A program made the position numbers and the translations under genes. DNA of 64,000 nt from Acutalibacteraceae bacterium (GTDB taxonomy: Bacteria > Bacillota > Clostridia > Oscillospirales > Acutalibacteraceae). The stretch lies in NCBI GenBank assembly GCA_045604205.1, contig JAZUNQ010000013.1, positions 4,230 to 68,229 on the forward strand. The letters run 5' to 3'. A model generated the notes under the pieces. The model did no database searches. It was given only the letters and a program-made list of their open reading frames with translations, and was not told where the DNA came from. This document shows positions 9,731 through 18,132 of this stretch, piece after piece (position 1 is the first letter of the stretch; each line of letters opens with the position of its first letter).

Positions 9731-10627
9731 ATGTCTTTTTGTGGAGATATAAAAAAAGAACTTAGCGAAATCAGGGTATCACGCTGTTGTACACAGGCGC
9801 TTACCTATGGGTTATTGCTTTTTAGCCGTTCGTTTACGGCTAAAAAAATATCTATGCAAAGTGAAAACCTGTCGGTTGTAAAGCTATATGCATCTATGAT
9901 AAATAAAAATTATGATGCAATAGTTACCATAACCGAAGGAAGCAGTAAAAACACAACCTACCGTGCTGAGGTAGAGGATGAAATTGACCGGCTTAAAATA
10001 TTGGCATCGGTTGACTTCGGTATAATTGATGGCAAAATCAGTCACGAGTTTTTTAATCGTTCTTGTTGTGAAGCGGCATTTGTGCGGGGTGCTTTTTTAA
10101 GTTGCGGGCAAATGACCGACCCCGAAAAAAGCTACAGGGTAGATTTTTCGGTAAAAAACGAGGCATTGGCAAAAGAATTGCAGGAGATACTTGCACGTCA
10201 CGAGGTAAAGGCAAATATTTCGACCCGTGGAAAAGGCTTTGTTGTATATATAAAGCGTAGCGAGATGATAATAAATTTATTGGCGCTTATGGGCGCCTCT
10301 ATGCGTAGTCTTGAACTTATTGAGACTACAATAATCAAGGAAGCAAACAACAAAACCAACCGAATGTTTAACTGCGACGGTGCAAATATTAAAAAAACAA
10401 TAGAGGCATCTATAAAACAGCGAACAGCAATTGAATATTTAATAAAGAGAGAAATGTTATCATCGTTACCTAAGGAGCTTATTTCTGCGGCAAATCTGCG
10501 TATGAAGTACCCCGAAAGTTCACTTAAAGATTTATGCAAAAATTCAACCGAACCGATAACCGTTTCGGGACTAAATCACAGACTAAAAAGAATAATAGAG
10601 ATATATGAAGATGTAATTTCAAGATAA
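9731..10627 (+). CDS. whiA: DNA-binding protein WhiA
   Basis: About 298 aa with a LAGLIDADG-like middle region and a C-terminal HTH. Sits in the conserved position after rapZ. The ATG at 9731 has the RBS AAAGAGGA. Confidence 0.9.
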   Translation: MSFCGDIKKELSEIRVSRCCTQALTYGLLLFSRSFTAKKISMQSENLSVVKLYASMINKNYDAIVTITEGSSKNTTYRAEVEDEIDRLKILASVDFGIIDGKISHEFFNRSCCEAAFVRGAFLSCGQMTDPEKSYRVDFSVKNEALAKELQEILARHEVKANISTRGKGFVVYIKRSEMIINLLALMGASMRSLELIETTIIKEANNKTNRMFNCDGANIKKTIEASIKQRTAIEYLIKREMLSSLPKELISAANLRMKYPESSLKDLCKNSTEPITVSGLNHRLKRIIEIYEDVISR

Positions 10628-10641
10628 GGAGTTGATACGGC

Positions 10642-13600
10642 ATGAGCTTTACTCATCTGCATTTGCATACCGAATACAGTTTGCTTGACGGCTGTTGCCG
10701 TATAAACAAACTTATGGACACCGTCGCCGCACGTGGCCAGACGGCTGTAGCAATAACCGACCACGGTGTTATGTACGGTGCGATTGATTTTTATAAAGCG
10801 GCAAAGAAAAAGGGAATAAAACCCATTATCGGTTGTGAGGTTTATGTAGCGCCCGGCAGTCGTTTTGACAAGCAAAAACAACCTGATGGAAATTATAGCC
10901 ATCTTGTTTTACTTTGCGAAAATAACGAGGGATACCAAAATCTTATAAAATTGGTATCACTTGGGTTTACCGACGGATTTTATACAAGACCCAGAGTAGA
11001 CCGTGAACTGCTTGAAAAATATCACACGGGGCTTATTGCCCTGTCGGCCTGCCTTGCGGGTGAGATTCCACGTGCAATAATGGACGGCAATTATGACAAG
11101 GCACGTGATACTGCACTTTGGTACAAAAACCTTTTTGGTGAAAAAAACTTCTTTTTAGAGGTGCAAAATCACGGCATTGCCGAACAACAAACAGTTAATT
11201 CCTATATTCAAAAGCTATCACGTGAAACAGGAATACCAATGGTTGCCACCAATGATGTGCATTACCCTAATAAAGATGACAGTTTTATGCACAAGGTTTT
11301 GCTTTGCGTACAAACGGGAAGTAAAATTGGTGAGCAAAATGCGCTGGAATTTAAGACAGAAGAGTTTTATCTTAAAAGCGAGGCCGAAATGCGTCAGGCG
11401 TTATCGGGTTTTGATGATGCAATACAAAACACACAAAAAATTGCCGACCGATGTAACGTGGAGTTTCAGTTCGGTAAGATAAAGCTACCGTTTTTTGATA
11501 CCGGTGGAGAGGACCACTATGAATTTTTCTGCCGTAAGTGTTATGACGGACTTTATAAAAACTATGGCAATAATCCCGAACAAAGCGTTATAGACCGACT
11601 CGAATATGAACTGTCGGTTATAAACAAGATGGGATATGTAGACTACTATCTCATAGTATGGGATTTTATTAATTATGCAAAAAATGCCGGCATTCCGGTA
11701 GGTCCCGGACGAGGCTCGGGTGCGGGTAGTCTTGCCGCATATTGCATAGGAATTACCGGTGTAGACCCAATAAAGTACAACCTTCTTTTTGAGCGTTTTT
11801 TAAATCCGGAACGAGTATCTATGCCCGACTTTGACGTAGATTTTTGCTATGTTAACAGACCCAAGGTTATAGATTACGTTACAAATAAATACGGAGCAGA
11901 CCACGTGGCGCAGATTGTAACCTTTGGAACTATGGCGGCTCGTGCCGCAGTGCGTGACGTAGGTCGTGCTATGGATATTCCGTATGCTACCTGCGATAAA
12001 ATAGCAAAACTTATCCCGCAGTCTATAGATATGACGCTTGAAAGGGCGCTTGATATATCAAAAGAGCTTAAAAGCTTATATGACGGAGATAAGCTTACCA
12101 AAGATTTAATAGATATGGCAATAAAGCTGGAGGGTATGCCACGACACGCATCTACCCATGCCGCAGGCGTTGTTATATCTGACCGACCGGTAAGCGATTA
12201 TGTTCCGCTTGCTACAAACGATGATTCGGTTGTAACACAATACCCAATGACAACACTTGATGAGTTGGGTCTGTTAAAAATGGACTTTTTGGGTCTTCGC
12301 AACCTTACGGTCATTGAGGATACACAAAAGGATATAAGAAAAACTGACCCAAAATTTGATATCGAGCAAATACCGCTTGACGATAGTGACACCTTTAAAA
12401 TGATGGGTGAAGGCTTTACCGACGGCGTGTTTCAGTTTGAGTCTGACGGAATGAAAAGTGTAATGCGAAAATTCCGTCCCGAAACGCTTGAAGATTTAAT
12501 TGCAATTATTTCGCTTTACCGTCCGGGCCCTATGGACTCTATCCCACGTTATATACACAACCGACATAACCCGCAGGATGTAAAATATGATACTCCTCTT
12601 TTAGAGCCGATACTAAACGTAACGTATGGGTGTATTGTTTATCAAGAGCAGGTAATGCAGATATTTCGTAGTCTTGCGGGATATTCCTTGGGTAGAGCAG
12701 ATATAGTGCGCCGTGCAATGTCAAAGAAAAAGCACGACGTTTTGGCACGTGAACGTACGGCTTTTATCTATGGCGAAAAGGATGCTGACGGTAACGTTAT
12801 TTGCGACGGTGCCGTAAACCGTGGAGTAAGCGAAGCGGTGGCAGAAAAATTGTTTGATGAGATTTCTGCCTTTAGTTCCTACGCTTTTAACAAATCTCAT
12901 GCGGCAGCATATGCAGTTGTAGCCTATCGTACGGCATATTTAAAGTGCCACTATCCAACCGAATATTTTGCAGCACTGCTTACCAGTGTTTTGGATTACC
13001 CGGCAAAAATTGCCCAATACACCGACGAGTGTAAACGTATTGGCATAAAAATATTACCTCCGTCTGTAAATGAGAGTTGTGAAAACTTTACTTCAAACGG
13101 AAAAAATATTCGCTTCGGTTTGCTTGCGGTGCGAAACTTGGGTTCTAACCTTATAAATCAGTTTATAGCAGAACGTGAAAACGGAAAATACACGTCGCTA
13201 TATGATTTTTGTTCACGTAACTATAGCCGCAGTTTTAACCGTCGTGCGCTTGAAGGCCTTATAAAAAGCGGTGCTATGGACGATTTGGAGGATAATCGCC
13301 GCAAAATGTTGTACAATATTGATAAGGTATTGTCGGTGGTTGATGAGACAAAACGCTTTTCGGGTGAAGGTCAGCTTGACCTTTTTGGCGATAGCGGCAG
13401 TAGCAACACGCTTGAACTAATCCACATTGACGAGATGCCCAAATCAGAATTACTTGCTATGGAAAAGGCGGTAACAGGTATGTATTTATCGGGTCATCCG
13501 ATGAACAGTTATCGCACCTTTGCCGGCAATCCAAGATTTGTACCGATTGCCAAAATAAATTCCAAAAAAGTGGGCGACGGTAAGCGTGTTAGCGTTGTGG

Positions 13601-14079
13601 GCATATTGGGAGAAATTAAATTAAAGCAGCTTAAAAACAAAAACACAATAGCCTATACAACCATTGAGGATACCTCGGGTCTTATTGACGTTATTGCCTT
13701 TTCTGCAACAATTGCAAAATACCGTGAATTAATGTCACCGGGTAATATCGTGATAATAAACGGTAAGGTAAGCGAGCGAGAGGACCGTGATCCCGAGTTT
13801 ATTTGTGAATCGGTTGAAACAGTGCCCGAAAATGTACAAAACAGTGATAAAACGGCAACCCTTTATCTCAAAATTCCAAGTCTTAATTCTGCCGAATTTA
13901 ACAAAGTTTGTGACATTTTATCAAAACATAAGGGTGATAGCGACGTTATAATTGTTTGTGAAGATAGCGGTAAACGTATTATGGCACCCGACAGGTTAAA
14001 GGTTAATCCAACAAATGCGCTTACTGATAAACTGTGTGCTGTCTTAGGTCAAAACAACGTTAAACTGGTGCTAAAGTAA
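10642..14079 (+). CDS. dnaE: DNA polymerase III subunit alpha (DnaE type)
   Basis: 1145 aa. N-terminal PHP domain (HLHLHTEYSLLDG), pol core (PDFDVDF) and an OB fold near the C-terminus. Confidence 0.95.
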   Translation: MSFTHLHLHTEYSLLDGCCRINKLMDTVAARGQTAVAITDHGVMYGAIDFYKAAKKKGIKPIIGCEVYVAPGSRFDKQKQPDGNYSHLVLLCENNEGYQNLIKLVSLGFTDGFYTRPRVDRELLEKYHTGLIALSACLAGEIPRAIMDGNYDKARDTALWYKNLFGEKNFFLEVQNHGIAEQQTVNSYIQKLSRETGIPMVATNDVHYPNKDDSFMHKVLLCVQTGSKIGEQNALEFKTEEFYLKSEAEMRQALSGFDDAIQNTQKIADRCNVEFQFGKIKLPFFDTGGEDHYEFFCRKCYDGLYKNYGNNPEQSVIDRLEYELSVINKMGYVDYYLIVWDFINYAKNAGIPVGPGRGSGAGSLAAYCIGITGVDPIKYNLLFERFLNPERVSMPDFDVDFCYVNRPKVIDYVTNKYGADHVAQIVTFGTMAARAAVRDVGRAMDIPYATCDKIAKLIPQSIDMTLERALDISKELKSLYDGDKLTKDLIDMAIKLEGMPRHASTHAAGVVISDRPVSDYVPLATNDDSVVTQYPMTTLDELGLLKMDFLGLRNLTVIEDTQKDIRKTDPKFDIEQIPLDDSDTFKMMGEGFTDGVFQFESDGMKSVMRKFRPETLEDLIAIISLYRPGPMDSIPRYIHNRHNPQDVKYDTPLLEPILNVTYGCIVYQEQVMQIFRSLAGYSLGRADIVRRAMSKKKHDVLARERTAFIYGEKDADGNVICDGAVNRGVSEAVAEKLFDEISAFSSYAFNKSHAAAYAVVAYRTAYLKCHYPTEYFAALLTSVLDYPAKIAQYTDECKRIGIKILPPSVNESCENFTSNGKNIRFGLLAVRNLGSNLINQFIAERENGKYTSLYDFCSRNYSRSFNRRALEGLIKSGAMDDLEDNRRKMLYNIDKVLSVVDETKRFSGEGQLDLFGDSGSSNTLELIHIDEMPKSELLAMEKAVTGMYLSGHPMNSYRTFAGNPRFVPIAKINSKKVGDGKRVSVVGILGEIKLKQLKNKNTIAYTTIEDTSGLIDVIAFSATIAKYRELMSPGNIVIINGKVSEREDRDPEFICESVETVPENVQNSDKTATLYLKIPSLNSAEFNKVCDILSKHKGDSDVIIVCEDSGKRIMAPDRLKVNPTNALTDKLCAVLGQNNVKLVLK

Positions 14080-14087
14080 AAAAATGG

Positions 14088-14116
14088 TTGCAGTTTTAAA
14101 ATTAATGGTGTATAAT
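14088..14116 (+). promoter_or_regulatory. SigA-type promoter for pfkA
   Basis: TTGCAG (14088-14093), a 17-nt spacer, then TATAAT (14111-14116). Confidence 0.55.
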
Positions 14117-14148
14117 GGTTTGGCATATATTTTGGAGATGATAGCAAA

Positions 14149-15108
14149 ATGAAAACTATTGGTGTTTTAACAAGCGGCGGCGATGCGCCGGGTATGAACG
14201 CTGCGGTACGTGCCGTAGTGCGAACTGCTATTTCGCTTGGTATGACAGTTAAAGGTATAAGACGTGGTTATGCCGGTCTTATTGAAGATGATATTTTTGA
14301 TATGGATGCCCGTTCGGTTTCTGACGTTATAAATCGTGGCGGCACCTTGCTTTATACAGCTCGTTGCCCTAAGTTCAGAACAGAAGAGGGCGTGTTAGAG
14401 GCTGTTGAAACCTGTAAAAGACATGGCATTGAAGGCTTGGTTGTAATCGGTGGTGACGGTTCGTTCCGTGGAGCTCTTGAGCTTTCACGCCACGGCGTAC
14501 CCTGTATTGGTGTACCCGGCACAATTGATAACGACATTGCTTGCACAGAATATACTATAGGTTTTGATACCGCTATGAATACCGCTATGGAAATGGTAGA
14601 CAAAATCCGTGATACTGCACAGTCACACGACCGATGCAGTGTTATTGAGGTTATGGGCAGACACGCAGGTTACATTGCGGTTCAAACAGGTATTGCTGTT
14701 GGCGCTACTGCTATTATGGTGCCTGAGGTTCCTGTAAACATTGAGCGTATTATTAATAAAATCAACACCACTAAAAGCAATGGTAAAAAGCACTTTATCG
14801 TTATTGTTGCTGAGGGTGTTGGCGGTGTAGAAGAAATTGCCAAGCAAATTATGGCAGGCACCGGTGTTGATTCTCGTGCTACTATTTTGGGTCACGTTCA
14901 ACGTGGTGGTAACCCCACACTCCGTGACCGACTTCGTGCAACCCAAATGGGTTATGAGGCCGTTCAATTGCTGAATCAGGGCAAGGGTAACCGTGTTGTA
15001 GCATATCAGGGTAGTTCGGTTGTAAACTACGATATAGAAGAAGCACTTCAAATGAAAAAGCAATTTGACCAAAATATGCTTAAGATTGCTCTTGAAACAG
15101 CAATTTAA
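14149..15108 (+). CDS. pfkA: ATP-dependent 6-phosphofructokinase
   Basis: 319 aa with GVLTSGGDAPGMNAA, GGDGS and PGTIDND motifs. Confidence 0.95.
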   Translation: MKTIGVLTSGGDAPGMNAAVRAVVRTAISLGMTVKGIRRGYAGLIEDDIFDMDARSVSDVINRGGTLLYTARCPKFRTEEGVLEAVETCKRHGIEGLVVIGGDGSFRGALELSRHGVPCIGVPGTIDNDIACTEYTIGFDTAMNTAMEMVDKIRDTAQSHDRCSVIEVMGRHAGYIAVQTGIAVGATAIMVPEVPVNIERIINKINTTKSNGKKHFIVIVAEGVGGVEEIAKQIMAGTGVDSRATILGHVQRGGNPTLRDRLRATQMGYEAVQLLNQGKGNRVVAYQGSSVVNYDIEEALQMKKQFDQNMLKIALETAI

Positions 15109-15122
15109 CAATTTAAAATTTA

Positions 15123-15154
15123 ATGCAGATAGCAATTGCTATCTGCATTTTTTT
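15123..15154 (+). terminator. Rho-independent terminator
   Basis: 24-bp perfect palindrome TGCAGATAGCAATTGCTATCTGCA followed by TTTTTTT. Confidence 0.8.
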
Positions 15155-15194
15155 GTGTTACAATTAGTAAAACGACTTTTAAACAGGTGATATT

Positions 15195-16886
15195 ATGAGT
15201 TTTAAGAATAAAGTCTATAATTTAATGAAGGATTGGTGTGACGAGCTACTTAAAACACAGTTGTCTTTGCCCGACCCACTGCTTGACGGTGCTATTGTTT
15301 GCCCCGGTTGTGCTGTTGTGCACGGCAGATGTGCCGATATGGTTTTACCGCTTGTGCTTTTATATAGGGATACAAGCGACGAAAAATATTTAACGGCGGC
15401 AAAAAAACTTATAGATTGGACCGAGTACAATCTTCTTTCAGAAAATGATGATTACCGTAACGACCTTGCAAATCGTTGGAAGGGTACCAATATTTTCACC
15501 TGTCTTATGCTTGGCGAAACCTTACATAGATTTCACGATGTTTTAGACAAAGAGACATTTACTAAATGGGATGCCATCTTCCGCCGTCGTGCTGCCGCAT
15601 CAATCGGCTGGTGCGAAAAAGCAGGCCCCCACATAAACTATAACGCAGGTGCGGCGGCAATGTTTGCATTTGCTTATAACTACACAGGCGAGCAAAAGTT
15701 TTTGGATAATGCTATAAAGCAAGAGCAGTTTTGCCGTACCCATTTTGACAAAGAGGGTCTGTTCTTTGGCGAGGGCAAACCGCTTGACGGCACAACGGCA
15801 AAGGGCTGTCATTTTATTGATATGGGTTACAATCTTGAAGAGTCAATTCCGCTTCTTGTACTGCACGCATTGTGGATGAATGACGATGAAAAGATTAAAT
15901 ATTATACCGACCGTGCCATTGACCATTTGGGCTTTTTACTGCCCGATGGCGCAATAGATAACAGTTGGGGCACTCGTCAAAACAAATGGACCTATTGGGG
16001 TAGCCGCACCAGTGATGGTATGCATGAAGGCTTGGTTTACGTGGCAAAGGATAATCCTGTTATTGCAAAGGCAGTTCGTCGTAACGTTGAGCTTTTAGAA
16101 AACTGTACCGTAGATGGCAGACTTTATGGCGGACCTATGTATCATTCGGCAGATGAGCCTGCCTGTATACATCACGCATTTGATAAGGTGAAATCTTTGG
16201 CTGTGCTCTATCTTGAAATGGGTGACGAGTTTGAAACTTGCGAGCATGCCATTTTGCCTCGTGAAGCAGACGGCGTAAAATCTTACCAAAACGGTTATCT
16301 TTACACCGTTACAAAGGGCGATTTTGTTGCTACAGTTAACGCTTGTGATACACATATTTATTCTTGCAGTGAAACGGGCGGCGGCGCTATAAGCATGCTT
16401 TGGAACAAAAAATACGGCGCAGTTATGGCGGCAACAATGTACCGTTTTGTTACAACCGAGCCTATGAATATGCAAATCGTGCGTCACGTTGATGAAGAGG
16501 TTTGTGCTACGGCACGAATAGGTTCATCCGATACCGATAAAACTGTAGAGCTTAAGCAAAACGACTATACAATTACCGCAAAGAGTGAGCAAAGCGGTTT
16601 TGAAATTAGGTATGAGTTTTGCGCTGATTGTGTTAAAATTAATATTCTTTCAAACAAAGACAGCGAATACATTTTGCCCATTATTAGTCAAAAGGGCGAC
16701 AGCGTAGCAGTAAAAGAAAATGAAGTTATATTTAAAGATATTTTATCCGTATCCTTTGACGGTGAATGTTCAGTAACGCCCGACGGCGAAAAAAGGCATT
16801 TCCACCCCGTAGGCGGATTCCAGTATAAGCACTTAACCTTCCCTATAAGTGCCCAAAAACCGCTTAATATAACAATAAAAGCATAA
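15195..16886 (+). CDS. Hypothetical protein, 563 aa (possibly an alpha/alpha-toroid plus beta-sandwich fold; function unknown)
   Basis: Long clean ORF with the RBS AACAGGTGA and terminators on both sides. No signal peptide and no motif I can assign to a family. Confidence 0.6.
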   Translation: MSFKNKVYNLMKDWCDELLKTQLSLPDPLLDGAIVCPGCAVVHGRCADMVLPLVLLYRDTSDEKYLTAAKKLIDWTEYNLLSENDDYRNDLANRWKGTNIFTCLMLGETLHRFHDVLDKETFTKWDAIFRRRAAASIGWCEKAGPHINYNAGAAAMFAFAYNYTGEQKFLDNAIKQEQFCRTHFDKEGLFFGEGKPLDGTTAKGCHFIDMGYNLEESIPLLVLHALWMNDDEKIKYYTDRAIDHLGFLLPDGAIDNSWGTRQNKWTYWGSRTSDGMHEGLVYVAKDNPVIAKAVRRNVELLENCTVDGRLYGGPMYHSADEPACIHHAFDKVKSLAVLYLEMGDEFETCEHAILPREADGVKSYQNGYLYTVTKGDFVATVNACDTHIYSCSETGGGAISMLWNKKYGAVMAATMYRFVTTEPMNMQIVRHVDEEVCATARIGSSDTDKTVELKQNDYTITAKSEQSGFEIRYEFCADCVKINILSNKDSEYILPIISQKGDSVAVKENEVIFKDILSVSFDGECSVTPDGEKRHFHPVGGFQYKHLTFPISAQKPLNITIKA

Positions 16887-16889
16887 ATT

Positions 16890-16920
16890 AAAACCCCGCT
16901 TTAAAGCGGGGTTTATTTTA
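16890..16920. terminator. Bidirectional terminator between convergent genes
   Basis: Stem AAACCCCGC-tttaaa-GCGGGGTTT flanked by A/T runs. Confidence 0.75.
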
Positions 16921-18027
16921 TACGGGGGAATCAATTTTGCCGTCCATAAAATCAAGAATTCGTTGTTTTATGGGGTCACTGTCTTCAATTATTGCAGGTT
17001 GGAAATTGTTAATATCACCGGTATACACGTAGCACGGTATCATATTAGAAGCGCTTGCTTTAAGGTTCATATCCTTATCAATAGTAAGCTTCATCTGGTA
17101 AATTACCGTTCGGTTTTCGGGACGTCTATGACCGCCGTAGCAGAAATTGCCTATTGAATATACAATCTCAACACCGTTATACACCTCACGTGGCTGTAGT
17201 ACGTGTGGGTGACCGCCTACTACCAAATCGGCACCGTTGTCAACAAGCTTGTGTGCGGCACGGCGTTTCCATTCCTCAGGAGCGTGGATTTTTTCGGTGC
17301 CACCGTGGAACATAACAACCTGGTAATCGGATTTTTCTTCGGCAGTTTTCATAAGCTCTATTATGCTGTTTGCCTGATATTCGCCCCACAAACCGTGGCA
17401 TATAACTGCTATTACGTAACCGTTCTTTTCAAAATACATTATTTTGCTTTCGTCACCGTAAAGCATACCCGAATTGTTTATAGCATCAACCGTGTCGTTG
17501 TAGCCCTCTTCACCGTAATCTCTTATATGATTGTTGGCAATTAACACGCCTTCGACACTTGAGTTTGACAATATGTTTACGTTAGTTGCCTTTGACATAA
17601 ACCAAAACGCAGGGGAGTAGTCTTTATAAACAGCGTTAAGCGGTCGGTCGCTTAATACGTTTTCAAGATTTACAATGGTAAAATCATCAGCCGCAAAAAC
17701 AGGACGCACCTTTTCTAAAAAATAATCGGGGTCATGACTTTCGGCATAGTCGTTAAAGCAGCCCTGATAATAGGTATCCTTATTGGTTGCAAGAATCATA
17801 TCGCCTGCAAAAGAAAGGGTGATATCAAAGTCGGGCATAGGTGCTTCGCTTGAAACAAGGTCAGATGCTAAACTACTTGTATCTTCGGACACAGCATTAT
17901 TTGACGGCACCAAAATATGTGGCGGGTTAAAAACACAAACCAACACTAATGCTACTGCAAGCAGTGCGGCAACAGCCGATATAATTATTGCAATAATTTT
18001 GCCCTTTACCGAACTTGATTTTTCCAT
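16918..18027 (-). CDS. CapA/PGA_cap-family metallophosphatase-like membrane-anchored protein
   Basis: N-terminal TM segment (IIAIIISAVAALLAVALVLVCVF) and CapA-type motifs (SFAGDMILA, NNHIRDYG, GGHPHVLQP). The ATG at 18027 has the RBS AGGAG, so the longer track ORF is rejected. Confidence 0.8.
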   Translation of the reverse strand: MEKSSSVKGKIIAIIISAVAALLAVALVLVCVFNPPHILVPSNNAVSEDTSSLASDLVSSEAPMPDFDITLSFAGDMILATNKDTYYQGCFNDYAESHDPDYFLEKVRPVFAADDFTIVNLENVLSDRPLNAVYKDYSPAFWFMSKATNVNILSNSSVEGVLIANNHIRDYGEEGYNDTVDAINNSGMLYGDESKIMYFEKNGYVIAVICHGLWGEYQANSIIELMKTAEEKSDYQVVMFHGGTEKIHAPEEWKRRAAHKLVDNGADLVVGGHPHVLQPREVYNGVEIVYSIGNFCYGGHRRPENRTVIYQMKLTIDKDMNLKASASNMIPCYVYTGDINNFQPAIIEDSDPIKQRILDFMDGKIDSPV

Positions 18028-18132
18028 GCAAACACTCCTAAAGGATATAATTTTACAACAAGTAGATTTTATAACACAGCACACAAAAAGTCAAGTGACG
18101 ATAAAACTTGACACATACAAAGTCAAGTTTCC

